From an uncultured Gammaproteobacteria bacterium (GTDB lineage: Bacteria > Patescibacteriota > Patescibacteriia > Magasanikbacterales > UBA922), in NCBI GenBank assembly GCA_964394405.1, contig CAYMVY010000001.1, forward strand, positions 428,585-492,584: a stretch of 64,000 bases of DNA. The letters are read 5' to 3'. The notes below the pieces were generated by a model that did no database searches, was not told where the DNA came from, and saw only the letters and a list, made by a program, of their open reading frames with translations. The translations under genes and the position numbers were made by a program. Shown here piece by piece: positions 9,097-18,851 of this stretch (the stretch's first letter is position 1; each line of letters opens with the position of its first letter).

Positions 9097-11211
9097 ATGT
9101 CTACGATTCATCTCACCACTCCAGTCGCTGCGCTTCATCGGGTTGGTAAAAGTCTTGAAAAAAAATTGACTCAGCTTGGAATACACAGCGCGCGTGATGT
9201 ATTATTTCATTTTCCGTTTCGATATGAAGACTATCGTTCAGTTGTTCCAATTGAGGGGGTAATGCCAGGAGTTGATCTCACGATCAAGGGCACCGTTGAA
9301 CTCATTGCAAACAAACGTAGTCCACGTAAACGCACCATGATCACCGAAGCTGTGGTACGTGATGATACTGAACAAATTCGGGTGATTTGGTTTGGGCAAC
9401 CATTTATTGCCAAAGTATTGCACGTGGGAGATGAGGTATATCTCTCAGGATCAGTAAAGGAGGATATGTTTGGAGTCCATATGATGGGTCCGGCATATGA
9501 AAAAGTTCGTGAAGACAAAGAATCAACACATACAGCGCGAATCGTACCCATGTACCCGCTGACTTCCGGAGTGACGCAGAAACAAATGCGTTTTTTAGTG
9601 GAACAAATACTACCGCTTGCTGCTAATATTAAGGAATGGATTCCGAAGAGTATTCTCACTGCTAATCAGCTGATACCACTGAATGAAGCAATTCGTTTGA
9701 TCCATTTTCCAGGATCGCATGAAGAGCGGATTGCTGCAGAGCGTCGACTCAAGTTTGGAGAACTATTTGTATTGCAATTGCGTGCTGAGCTGATTCGGCA
9801 GTCAAATCTTCTTCATGCAGCGCCAAAAATTGAATTCAAGGAAAAAGAGATTAGGGAGTTGGTCCAATCCTTGCCATTTCAATTAACCGTTGATCAAAAA
9901 AAATCAGCTTGGGAAATTTTTCAAGACATTGGTCGGGGAACCCCAATGAACCGGCTTCTACAGGGTGATGTAGGTTCGGGGAAAACAATTGTTGCAGGTA
10001 TGGGTGCGTATGCGAGTTTTCTGAATGGATTCCAGACCGCCATTATGGCACCGACGGAAATTTTGGCGACACAGCACTATGAGACTCTAACAAAACTATT
10101 TGGTGATACGATAAGTATTGGACTTCTCACAGGTTCTCAAGTCGAAAATCGAAAGTCGAAAGTTGATACAGTCGAAAGCAGATCGAGAAAGTTAGAGAAA
10201 CAAGAAGTAAAAAAACAGATTAATGAAGGGGTAATTGATTTAGTTATCGGTACTCACGCATTATTGACTGAGGATACACAGTTTCACCAATTAGGATTGG
10301 TGGTGATCGATGAACAACATCGATTTGGAGTGGAGCAACGAAAAAAAATTCGTGATAAATCTGGTATGGAAGGAATGTACCCTCATTTTCTCTCCATGAC
10401 CGCAACACCTATTCCACGATCATACGCGCTCACATTATATGGAGACCTCGATGTTTCGTATATCAGGACAAAGCCAGCAGGGAGAAAGGATATTATTACA
10501 AGGCTGGTTGAGCCAAGCAAACGAGATAAGGCATATCAATTTATTCGAGAACAGGTTCAGAAGGGGAGGCAGATATTTGTTGTCTGTCCTTTGATTCAGG
10601 AGAAAACAAAAGAAGGCGAAAATATAAGTATAGTATCAGAAAAGAAAACAGTATTGTCTGAGTACGAAAAGTTATCAACGAAAATTTTTCCTGATTTACG
10701 AGTCGGCTACCTGCATGGAAAAATGAAGTCAAAAGAAAAAGAAGGAATCATGAAAAAATTTATAGCAGGAGAAATTGATATACTCGTCTCAACTTCAGTA
10801 ATTGAAGTCGGAGTCAATATTCCCAATGCATCGATTATGATGATTGAGGGAGCTGAGAGATTTGGATTAGCACAGCTACATCAATTTCGTGGTCGTGTAG
10901 GTCGAGCAGAACATCAGTCATACTGTATTTTGTTCACTGAGAACGATAGTGTGAAATCACAAGAGCGATTACAATATTTTACCAAGACACTTGATGGATT
11001 TGCGCTTGCAGAATATGACCTTGAAACCAGGGGTCCGGGAGAAGTATATGGCACAGCACAGAGTGGAATGGAAGAGCTACGTCTGGCAACCATGCGTGAT
11101 CAGGATCTGATTCGAGCTGCACGAGATTCTGCTCGAGGCATTGATTTTATACAATATCCAGAATTGAAAGAGCGAGTAAAAGAGTGGGAGGAGAGAGTGC
11201 ATATGGAATAA
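9097..11211 (+). CDS. recG: ATP-dependent DNA helicase RecG
   Basis: 704 aa. Wedge domain plus helicase motifs (LLQGDVGSGKT, DEQHRFGV, QLHQFRGRVGR). Confidence 0.9.
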   Translation: MSTIHLTTPVAALHRVGKSLEKKLTQLGIHSARDVLFHFPFRYEDYRSVVPIEGVMPGVDLTIKGTVELIANKRSPRKRTMITEAVVRDDTEQIRVIWFGQPFIAKVLHVGDEVYLSGSVKEDMFGVHMMGPAYEKVREDKESTHTARIVPMYPLTSGVTQKQMRFLVEQILPLAANIKEWIPKSILTANQLIPLNEAIRLIHFPGSHEERIAAERRLKFGELFVLQLRAELIRQSNLLHAAPKIEFKEKEIRELVQSLPFQLTVDQKKSAWEIFQDIGRGTPMNRLLQGDVGSGKTIVAGMGAYASFLNGFQTAIMAPTEILATQHYETLTKLFGDTISIGLLTGSQVENRKSKVDTVESRSRKLEKQEVKKQINEGVIDLVIGTHALLTEDTQFHQLGLVVIDEQHRFGVEQRKKIRDKSGMEGMYPHFLSMTATPIPRSYALTLYGDLDVSYIRTKPAGRKDIITRLVEPSKRDKAYQFIREQVQKGRQIFVVCPLIQEKTKEGENISIVSEKKTVLSEYEKLSTKIFPDLRVGYLHGKMKSKEKEGIMKKFIAGEIDILVSTSVIEVGVNIPNASIMMIEGAERFGLAQLHQFRGRVGRAEHQSYCILFTENDSVKSQERLQYFTKTLDGFALAEYDLETRGPGEVYGTAQSGMEELRLATMRDQDLIRAARDSARGIDFIQYPELKERVKEWEERVHME

Positions 11212-11312
11212 AAACGCAAAACTTAAAGTTCAAAACTTAAAACTATAACTAAAAATTCAAAACTAGCTGTTGAATTTAAAGTTTTTAGTTTTGAACTTCA
11301 CGCTTTTCCCCA
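11212..11312. repeat. AT-rich palindromic intergenic repeat (family copy 2)
   Basis: aaagttcaaaacttaaaactataactaaaaa is near-identical to a 31-nt block at 24517-24547. Confidence 0.6.
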
Positions 11313-11341
11313 GTTTGCATTGACAAATTGGGGTTTTTTGT
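11313..11341 (+). promoter_or_regulatory. consensus sigma70 promoter TTGACA-N17-TATACT in front of high-GC ORF A
   Basis: ttgaca 11313-11318, tatact 11336-11341. Confidence 0.5.
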
Positions 11342-11425
11342 ATATACTCTCGCGCATACCTGTATCCTAGATAGGAAAGGTATGTACCGTCAACACGCGA
11401 AAGCGTTTACATAATCGGGGAACCC

Positions 11426-11677
11426 ATGCCTTCTTTCCATATTCCCAAGAATGCCCGCATCCTGCCGAATGGTAGGACCGAGATCGCCAAGCACGTCGAG
11501 TACGGCCAGGACCAGCGCGGTCGAGACCGCATCTTCGTGGGGTCGACTTCCTTCACGGTCGCCGAGGCCCTCAAGTCCGGCTTCATCTCGTCGGAGCGCG
11601 ACCGCAACGCCACGGGTGGTGGACTCCACTACCACCCGAACAGCGGGGTCGCGCGGGGCCGTGTGTCCACGGTCTGA
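11426..11677 (+). CDS. hypothetical protein, high-GC cassette ORF A (83 aa)
   Basis: Codons almost all end in G/C, in stark contrast to neighbours. Preceded by a 5' UTR with small hairpins (catacct...aggtatg; acgc-gaaa-gcgt). Confidence 0.55.
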   Translation: MPSFHIPKNARILPNGRTEIAKHVEYGQDQRGRDRIFVGSTSFTVAEALKSGFISSERDRNATGGGLHYHPNSGVARGRVSTV

Positions 11678-11914
11678 GTCTGGCTTCTAGCCGACGCCCA
11701 TCGGCTCTGTGCCAGGAGACGCAGGCAGCCGCCTATCGCGACTGTCCTGCGTCTCAACAAATTCAAAAAACCTCTCGAATCACGCGATGAATCTCATCTT
11801 ATATAGATATGGGAGATATCGCGAGGAGGACGAGAGGTTTTTTGTTTTCAGACTTGATTTTTCCCTCATTTTAGGTTAGTGTAGCTATTACACCTGGTTC
11901 AGGGAGGACCATCA

Positions 11915-12124
11915 ATGACCATTTTAGCGTGGAATGCTGAGAAGAAGTGCTGGAACATTGTTCCTGAAGCGGCCAAATCGACCACTTCGATCGAGACAAG
12001 TGCCGACATCAGGCCGGCCATGGAGAAACTGTTCCGGAATCCGGACGAGCGGCAACGAGCCGTGATCAAACTGTTCGCCGAATTCGCCAAAACGGAGAGT
12101 CTGCCGATCCAGCTCGCCGTATAG
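11915..12124 (+). CDS. hypothetical protein, high-GC cassette ORF B (69 aa)
   Basis: GGGAGG RBS 6 nt upstream of ATG. GC-rich coding. Followed by the hairpin aaactacctgc-aaatca-gcaggtagttt. Confidence 0.5.
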   Translation: MTILAWNAEKKCWNIVPEAAKSTTSIETSADIRPAMEKLFRNPDERQRAVIKLFAEFAKTESLPIQLAV

Positions 12125-12234
12125 CGGGTCATATGGGAAGTGACAATCCCAGCGCCAGGTTTGGTTGGAGATACTTCGGTATCTCTGGCCCTACCCCTAC
12201 CCCAAACTACCTGCAAATCAGCAGGTAGTTTTAA

Positions 12235-13566
12235 TTAGGTCTTTCGTATCAATTCCTCAATATTTTTGACTTCAATTAATCGAACTTGGGAATATTCAGT
12301 AGATTTTTTTCCTGGAGGAGTGATAATCCGCTTCATGCCCAATTCAATTGTTTCTTTTATTCTCTTTTCCTGATGCTGTACTGATCGTACTTCACCGCCC
12401 AGACCGACTTCACCAAATACAATGGTATCAGTACCGAGAGATTTATCTTTGAACGAGCTCGCAATTGCAAGGCATATTGCAAGATCAGCTGCAGGTTCTT
12501 GAATTTTGATCCCCCCGACAATATTAAGGTGGATATCATATTGGGCTAGGGTGAGGCCTGCACGTTTTTCAAGTACGGCGATAAGTACATGCAATCGATT
12601 GAGGTCAAACCCGCTTGCTTTGCGCACCGGATAACCAAACGTCGTTTTATGAACGAGTGCCTGTACTTCGACCAAGAGTGGGCGAGTACCCTCCATGATA
12701 CAAGTTACTACATTACCGGGCATGTCTTCGCCACGTTCACGAAGTAAAGACGCTGAGGGGTTAAGAACGGATATAAGACCTACTCCTTCCATTTCAAAAA
12801 TGCCCACTTCATCTGTTGCACCAAACCTATTTTTCACTGCGCGTAAAATTCGATAGGTGTGGTACTGGTCTCCTTCAAGATAGAGTACTGTATCAACAAG
12901 GTGTTCAAGTGTTTTTGGTCCGGCAACTACCCCGTCTTTGGTAACATGTCCAATAAGAACAATAGGAATTCCAGATTGTTTTGCCGTATCGAGTAGTAGT
13001 GTGGTACATGCTCGGACTTGGGATACTGATCCTGCCTCACCTTGGACTTGTTCGCTTGAAATAGTCTGTATTGAATCAATTACTGCCAGTTGGGGCTTAT
13101 GTGTCTGAATAGTTGCAATGATTGCCTCAACAGATGTTTCATTCACGAGCGAAAGAGTATTCGAAGTAATGTGCAATCGGTCTGCACGCATTTTCACCTG
13201 CCCGACTGATTCCTCTCCCGAGATATAGAGCGAGGAGGGGATTGCGGATGCGAGCTGGAGTGCAAGTGTAGATTTTCCAATGCCAGGCTCTCCTCCGATC
13301 AATATCAAGCTACCAGGCACAATTCCGCCACCAAGCACGCGATCAAATTCTGGAATTTTTGTTTTGGCACGTGTAGTGCTATCTGAGGCAATACTCGAAA
13401 GTGTTTGGATAGATGCGGGTAGAACCTTGGTCTGGTCAGATTTTTTTTCTTGTGTGGCAAGGGTTTCGCCAACAGTACCCCATGATCCGCACTCGAGGCA
13501 TCTGCCAACCCACTTCTGGTATTGCGCGTCACATTTTGAACAAACGAATAAGAGGTGGTTTTTCAT
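12235..13566 (-). CDS. radA: DNA repair protein RadA (Sms)
   Basis: 443 aa. N-terminal zinc ribbon CxxC...CxxC, Walker A GGEPGIGKST, KNRFG motif, Lon-like C-terminal domain. Confidence 0.9.
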   Translation of the reverse strand: MKNHLLFVCSKCDAQYQKWVGRCLECGSWGTVGETLATQEKKSDQTKVLPASIQTLSSIASDSTTRAKTKIPEFDRVLGGGIVPGSLILIGGEPGIGKSTLALQLASAIPSSLYISGEESVGQVKMRADRLHITSNTLSLVNETSVEAIIATIQTHKPQLAVIDSIQTISSEQVQGEAGSVSQVRACTTLLLDTAKQSGIPIVLIGHVTKDGVVAGPKTLEHLVDTVLYLEGDQYHTYRILRAVKNRFGATDEVGIFEMEGVGLISVLNPSASLLRERGEDMPGNVVTCIMEGTRPLLVEVQALVHKTTFGYPVRKASGFDLNRLHVLIAVLEKRAGLTLAQYDIHLNIVGGIKIQEPAADLAICLAIASSFKDKSLGTDTIVFGEVGLGGEVRSVQHQEKRIKETIELGMKRIITPPGKKSTEYSQVRLIEVKNIEELIRKT

Positions 13567-13683
13567 AAGTTTTTTGTTTACGCGTAGTACATCTGATTAC
13601 TACACATCATACTAGCGTATAATACAAAAACAATCAAAACAGCTAAGCTTGTTAATTAGGTGAAAACAGAGAGAGTGTTATCC

Positions 13684-15747
13684 TTATTTTTTAGAACCAA
13701 ATGGAGGGGTGGTGGGAATTGACCCTAATTCAAAGCCTGGGACATAGAGACACTTACCACGTTTGTGCGTTGCATTACTTTCTCCAATTCTACTCCAATC
13801 GAACATGCGCGGATCAGTATGATCCTTGGGGTTAGTTGGGTCTCCAACATCGCAATGACCAAGTATTGTTGCGTCGCCTATTCTACCTTCAATATCGTCG
13901 ATAAGTCGGTTAAGTGAAACATATTGTGCCTCGGTGTAATTACATGATAGAGAAGTTTCTCTTGAAGAATTGGCGCTACTGCATCCAGCATCAAGATCAA
14001 TTCCAATTGCGGTACGATTTTTGACACCATGCCAGATCGTGAATTTCTCATCCATCACCTGGTGAATATCTCCATCGCGAGTAATAAAGTAGTGGCTACC
14101 GATAGGTAGTTGTCCGACAGCGATTAATCCGAGCCAATGAGGAAGAGCGCCTACAGGAGAGCCTTCATGAATAGCAATGGTATTAATTGAGGCAAGAGAG
14201 CGCGTTCCCTGGGCACTACAGTCGAGATAGCCAAGATACTTGTCATTATAAGAGGTATCTACCAATTTACTTTTCTCTGCCTCTGATAATTGTTGTATGC
14301 AAGCTTTTCTACATTCTTCTCGGGCGCGAGCTCCGATCCGTTCAGGATCTTGCGTCTTTCCACGTAATTGATAGTTGGGGAAAGCACTACAATCCATCAG
14401 ATATGAGGCATTACTATTTTTGGGAGCTTTATACCGGATACTTCCAGTCATGTTTGCAGTGTTTGGAGAGGATGGTGCTGATGTATTGTTTGATGGAGAA
14501 GTACCAAGATCTTGGTCGGTAAGCAATCCATACCCTCCATCTTCATTATCATGCTGGTCAGCAACAAGTGGGGAATTGGTTCCTGGGGCCATGAGTATCT
14601 GCAAATTTCGTAGGTTCACCAATTCTGGATTAATCGTATAGAGAATAGTATAGGAGCCTGCAGTGAGGGCTATCGCAATAACCGATGAGACAATTCTGTG
14701 TTTTGCACCGCTAATTGCCTCCGTATTTCCAGCTGACGTTATAATCTGTATTCCCGATATGATTAATACGAGAACAGCAATAAATGAAATCAATCCAACG
14801 CTGTATTTGTAAATTGCTGAAATATATTCGCCCAAAAAAGGAACATTGAGCCAGGCAGCACCGCTTTCATCAGTCGTGATATTACTTTCTTTTGAAATAC
14901 TTGAAAAAACTACACCAGGTATGCGAATTTTTGTTGCAGGTGATACCAGCTTAACTTCAGGAAGTGTTACATCAATACCAAAAAAATCGGTTTGGGTTCC
15001 TCCGCCAGTAGTATTATTCTGCGCAGGTCCAGTGATTTTTCGCATTTCAGCAAGAGTGGACATAATGACACCTCCTGCTTTTTGACATACACGTATTCCT
15101 GCGAGCTCATTTCCACCGTCAGCAGCAGTCCATGACCCTGATCCATACTGATGCGCGCATTGGAGTTGTGCGCTCACCACACCACCGAGACGTACAACTC
15201 CGCAAATTTTTAATTTTTTTCCGCTCGTGTACCATGGGTCATAGTATGGGTCGCTCGGAACCTGAGAACTGGCAAGAGTAGTCTGCTGGCAACTACCAGA
15301 CGTACCGCTAGGATCCCAGCATCCGTCATCGTCATCACAGGGAAAACCAAGAAGCGCTTTTTGTGCTACAGGATAGCGCACTTCGTCAGTGGATTGTGGG
15401 GGATAGCTACTTGAAAAATCATTTTTTTTGCAAAAATTCCATTCATCGCGAAATTGGTCAGGATCATATTCTTCTTTTATGCATGTCCACTTGTCCGCGT
15501 CTAATGAAGAATTCCCATACGTGGCAGCGCAACTTGCGCTCGGAGTACTGCTTTCTCCGCAGGTGCAGAACGAATCATCGCATGTCGCTCCATCAATACA
15601 TTCAGAGGGGGCTGCGCCGGTATTACATGCCTCACCAATTTTTTTGGTCCCCGCAGACACCTCTCTTGAGGTGAGTATACCGACAGCACACAAAAAAATA
15701 ATAAAAAAGAAGGTAAGGGAAGGGTGATAAAAATTGTTTTTTTTCAT
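13684..15747 (-). CDS. secreted Cys-rich membrane protein with VirB2/TrbC-like double-TM hairpin and C-terminal Amidase_2 (N-acetylmuramoyl-L-alanine amidase / PGRP-like) domain
   Basis: Probable start MKKNNFYH (15747), which forms an ATGA overlap with the upstream dsbA-like stop. Signal peptide, then about 25 Cys in the N-terminal domain. Two adjacent TM helices separated by the short loop GNTEAISGAKHR. C-terminus matches Amidase_2 signatures (AIHEGSPVG...YHYFITRDGDIHQ...TAIGIDL...GHCDVG). Confidence 0.7.
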   Translation of the reverse strand: MKKNNFYHPSLTFFFIIFLCAVGILTSREVSAGTKKIGEACNTGAAPSECIDGATCDDSFCTCGESSTPSASCAATYGNSSLDADKWTCIKEEYDPDQFRDEWNFCKKNDFSSSYPPQSTDEVRYPVAQKALLGFPCDDDDGCWDPSGTSGSCQQTTLASSQVPSDPYYDPWYTSGKKLKICGVVRLGGVVSAQLQCAHQYGSGSWTAADGGNELAGIRVCQKAGGVIMSTLAEMRKITGPAQNNTTGGGTQTDFFGIDVTLPEVKLVSPATKIRIPGVVFSSISKESNITTDESGAAWLNVPFLGEYISAIYKYSVGLISFIAVLVLIISGIQIITSAGNTEAISGAKHRIVSSVIAIALTAGSYTILYTINPELVNLRNLQILMAPGTNSPLVADQHDNEDGGYGLLTDQDLGTSPSNNTSAPSSPNTANMTGSIRYKAPKNSNASYLMDCSAFPNYQLRGKTQDPERIGARAREECRKACIQQLSEAEKSKLVDTSYNDKYLGYLDCSAQGTRSLASINTIAIHEGSPVGALPHWLGLIAVGQLPIGSHYFITRDGDIHQVMDEKFTIWHGVKNRTAIGIDLDAGCSSANSSRETSLSCNYTEAQYVSLNRLIDDIEGRIGDATILGHCDVGDPTNPKDHTDPRMFDWSRIGESNATHKRGKCLYVPGFELGSIPTTPPFGSKK

Positions 15748-16400
15748 AACCCAAGAATTTGTTTCCATGCATCGAGTGATTGAGGAGTTTGTATTTGGGT
15801 GTTATTGATAAAGAATGTTGGCACTGATTGTAGATTGAGCGTGCGCGCAATTTCTTTGGTCAACTCAATTTGTTTGGCAGGGCGCTCGGAAGAGAGACAG
15901 GAGTCTAGGTCAGAGCGATCAAGTTGGATCTCGTCAGCAATTTGCGAAAGAGTGCCCGGTGACAGGTTGGTAGCATTGGCATATGCGTATGATGCAAATT
16001 CGTCAAATTTTTTTTGCTCATGTGCACATATTCCGTACTTGAGTGCATCAGATGAAGGGTAGGGGAAATCATTTACCGGGAGTCCCTTCCACACCATCTT
16101 TACTTTATCAGGATATTGATTTTGTAATTCCAAAAAAAGTTCATGCTGCGCCTTGCACCCTCCACAGGAAAAATCTTCAAAAGCAACCACGGTCACGGGA
16201 GATTTTTTGTTACCAATAATAGGATCGGTTGGGAGAATCGGAATAATAAATTTCGAAGATTGCTCATCTTTTTTTTGTTCATCCATCTTTGGTATGAGTG
16301 GTTCGTAGCGTACAATCTGAATAAATAATGCGAGGGCACAGAGTAGGATTGCGGGGATGAAGACTTTATATATTTTTTTGCGGGTTAATTCGGGAGCCAT
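15744..16400 (-). CDS. DsbA-family thiol:disulfide oxidoreductase (CGGC active site), membrane-anchored
   Basis: 218 aa. N-terminal TM helix; thioredoxin fold with FEDFSCGGCK. Confidence 0.7.
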   Translation of the reverse strand: MAPELTRKKIYKVFIPAILLCALALFIQIVRYEPLIPKMDEQKKDEQSSKFIIPILPTDPIIGNKKSPVTVVAFEDFSCGGCKAQHELFLELQNQYPDKVKMVWKGLPVNDFPYPSSDALKYGICAHEQKKFDEFASYAYANATNLSPGTLSQIADEIQLDRSDLDSCLSSERPAKQIELTKEIARTLNLQSVPTFFINNTQIQTPQSLDAWKQILGL

Positions 16401-16401
16401 A

Positions 16402-17664
16402 TTATTTGAGAGGGATTTGGAAGAGCCCTGACTGGTTTTTATCAGTAAAGTTCAAGGTAGAACCATCTTGACTGACAAACATGGTATCTACGACATACGA
16501 TCCATCGACTTCGAGCTCAGTCCTGATGCCAGTAACGGTATCAATTTGATAGAAAATATCAGGAGTAAAATTGGCAACCTCAGGTGCAAATCCAGCTCCA
16601 CTCTCGAGCCGTTCGGGTACACCGCAAAAAACAGTGCGTTCATCAGCCATGGCACATTTGGATGCCCAGGTCTGTACTCCGAGCGGTTTTCTATTCTCGC
16701 CCGCAGTATCAGGAGTGGCATCTACAATCCATAATTCTGGTTTATAGTCATTTCTCGAACTATACACGCTATGGAGCAGTTTGGATCCATTGGGTGACCA
16801 CTGTGTCTGTAGCCCACGTCCCTCCACTTCAATTGATCTAAAATTTTCTTGGTATTGTCCTACTAATAATACTTCTTGACGGAGTCCACCAATCGGGTCA
16901 CCAGTCAGAGAAAGAGCTAGTACTTGTCGATTGGGTGACCAGTCTACGATAACTCTCGATGCATTATTTCCTAGTGGTTCAACGAGGTTGATATTTTTCC
17001 CCGTGGGGTCAGCAGTGATAAGCCATTTGCTTTCAGGAGAAAGTCCAATACTTTTTGCAGAGATTTCAGATCCTTCTTTTGAGAAAGAAAATGACTCCCA
17101 ATGTTTGGGAAGAGTCACCTGTTCATCAGTATTAAAATTATAATAAATATTTACACCATCAGGATATTCAATAATTGATTCATCTGCGCGAGGTGACCAC
17201 GTGACTTTGTCTACGTTATAAAAAACAGTGTTACTGAGAGCCTGGACATTTCCATTTCGATCAAGTGTATAAAATTTTCCATCACTTTTGTTATAGAATC
17301 GCGCAGTACTACCCTGTCCTGCAGAAGGATTAGCAATATCAACATTCACCACTTTGGTAATTAGTGATGGTGGCTGAGAAGGGGTAGTGATATTTGAGGG
17401 AGTAGTTGGAGTGGTTGGCGTTCCTCCTCCGCCTGTAGTTCCTGTGTCGGTGGGTAATGTAGTCCCACCACCATCTGTCCCTACTATATCTTCACGTTCG
17501 CCTATAGTAGGAAATGTACCACCACCATCCGTCGTGGTTTGAGTATCTGAAAGTGTGGGAACCTGCGGTCGAACAAAAAATACACGATAGATTGCATACC
17601 CAAGTAGGATACAAAGGGCTACAAAACCGAGAATCAAGAAAATACGTTTTTTATCCATACACAA
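16402..17664 (-). CDS. TolB-like beta-propeller (PD40/WD40-like) protein with TM anchor and Thr/Gly/Pro-rich linker
   Basis: 420 aa. Repeated ...WSPNxxxL... blades (WSPRADES, WSPNRQVL, WSPNGSKL). Confidence 0.65.
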   Translation of the reverse strand: MCMDKKRIFLILGFVALCILLGYAIYRVFFVRPQVPTLSDTQTTTDGGGTFPTIGEREDIVGTDGGGTTLPTDTGTTGGGGTPTTPTTPSNITTPSQPPSLITKVVNVDIANPSAGQGSTARFYNKSDGKFYTLDRNGNVQALSNTVFYNVDKVTWSPRADESIIEYPDGVNIYYNFNTDEQVTLPKHWESFSFSKEGSEISAKSIGLSPESKWLITADPTGKNINLVEPLGNNASRVIVDWSPNRQVLALSLTGDPIGGLRQEVLLVGQYQENFRSIEVEGRGLQTQWSPNGSKLLHSVYSSRNDYKPELWIVDATPDTAGENRKPLGVQTWASKCAMADERTVFCGVPERLESGAGFAPEVANFTPDIFYQIDTVTGIRTELEVDGSYVVDTMFVSQDGSTLNFTDKNQSGLFQIPLK

Positions 17665-17710
17665 GGTATAGGGGAATTACAAATAGTGAATTGTGGAGTA
17701 CACAGGGGGT

Positions 17711-18850
17711 TCATGCTTGTTGTGGCATGGGATATTTTTGAGGAGGCCTCTTTTGTCCAGTCCTCATTTTTCGCTGTATAGATTTTATCACAGCTACAGC
17801 ATTTTGTTGAGTTTTTTCTGTTTTGTCGATATCTTTTTTAATCGAATCAATTCTTTTTTGAAGAATTGTTATCATTGATAATAGGGCACCTTTGGGAATC
17901 CACAGTAAACCGTAGATGAGATAGAGTATAACGCCGATGATTGCAAGAACGATTGTCCATGCAAGACTCATACAGACACCTGCAAGCCATTTGACGCCCG
18001 CCTGCACCACATCAACGATTGCTTTGAGGATTTTGGCACTGTATAGAGCGAAGGTGAGTACCCTTTTTTCATTTTTTAGTCTGGAGAGCCTTCTGTCTAG
18101 TCGTTGTTTTGTTTGAATTGCTTTCATGAGTTCCTTCGTCAATGGGTTGACGGATGCTGCTTGTGCTTGTCTTGCCTGCAGAGCAGCCTGTACTTGTGCC
18201 ACTCCTTCTTTTTGCACTTGATTTTTTTGGTCTAATTTTTTTTGAGCATCAGCATTGAGTGTGGCTTGTTCTAACTCCGCTTCAGCGCGCATGCCTTCTT
18301 CGAGCATCTGCCCCATATTTTCTTCCTTAGCTTCACCCTCCTTTGATTCTTCAATAGTAGAATTGGTATTTTCATCAACCGTATTAGAGAATGGTTTAGT
18401 ATCATCTGCCAGGAGATTTGCCTCATCTGGTTTGGAGTCAATTGTTGAGGCAGAAGTAACATCTCTGTTTGGTGACGCGGGTTTTGTGGGTCTCTGCTGA
18501 GTGTTTGGTGTGGTCTTGTTTTCTGTAGCAGTTGAAATAGAAGACATTTCATCTGTCGGGATTGGTGCTTCAAATTCGAGTGCAACAGTGACACCACGAT
18601 TACCATTCTGCTTTACTGATAATGAAGAGCTCCCACCGCCATCTGATTGTGTTACGCGATTTGTAATACCATCAAGCTCAATCTGATCCGCCTCGTTGGG
18701 GTTTTTAGAATTTTGTCGCGCCTGATTCCGTGCAACACTTTGGTCATAATGCAATTGTGATGCTTGGCTGGGTGCGGCAGCACCAATCGCAGCGCCGAGG
18801 ATAGCTGCCTTTGTAGTCCTCGCCCACCATGGCCCCTTCGTTTTTGCCAT
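17711..18850 (-). CDS. hypothetical secreted/membrane coiled-coil protein with C-terminal TM helices
   Basis: 379 aa. N-terminal Ala-rich signal, low-complexity acidic/Thr-rich region, coiled coil, two C-terminal hydrophobic helices. Confidence 0.5.
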   Translation of the reverse strand: MAKTKGPWWARTTKAAILGAAIGAAAPSQASQLHYDQSVARNQARQNSKNPNEADQIELDGITNRVTQSDGGGSSSLSVKQNGNRGVTVALEFEAPIPTDEMSSISTATENKTTPNTQQRPTKPASPNRDVTSASTIDSKPDEANLLADDTKPFSNTVDENTNSTIEESKEGEAKEENMGQMLEEGMRAEAELEQATLNADAQKKLDQKNQVQKEGVAQVQAALQARQAQAASVNPLTKELMKAIQTKQRLDRRLSRLKNEKRVLTFALYSAKILKAIVDVVQAGVKWLAGVCMSLAWTIVLAIIGVILYLIYGLLWIPKGALLSMITILQKRIDSIKKDIDKTEKTQQNAVAVIKSIQRKMRTGQKRPPQKYPMPQQA

Positions 18851-18851
18851 A

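Noticed and set aside
10141-10200. Possible in-frame insertion of an intergenic-repeat-like sequence (3x gtcgaaag) inside recG
   Set aside because: The extra ~13 aa (QVENRKSKVDTVESRSRKLEKQ) lies in a naturally variable linker of RecG. Similarity to the 7150 repeat is limited to a short AT/GA-rich octamer. This is not enough to call a repeat insertion.
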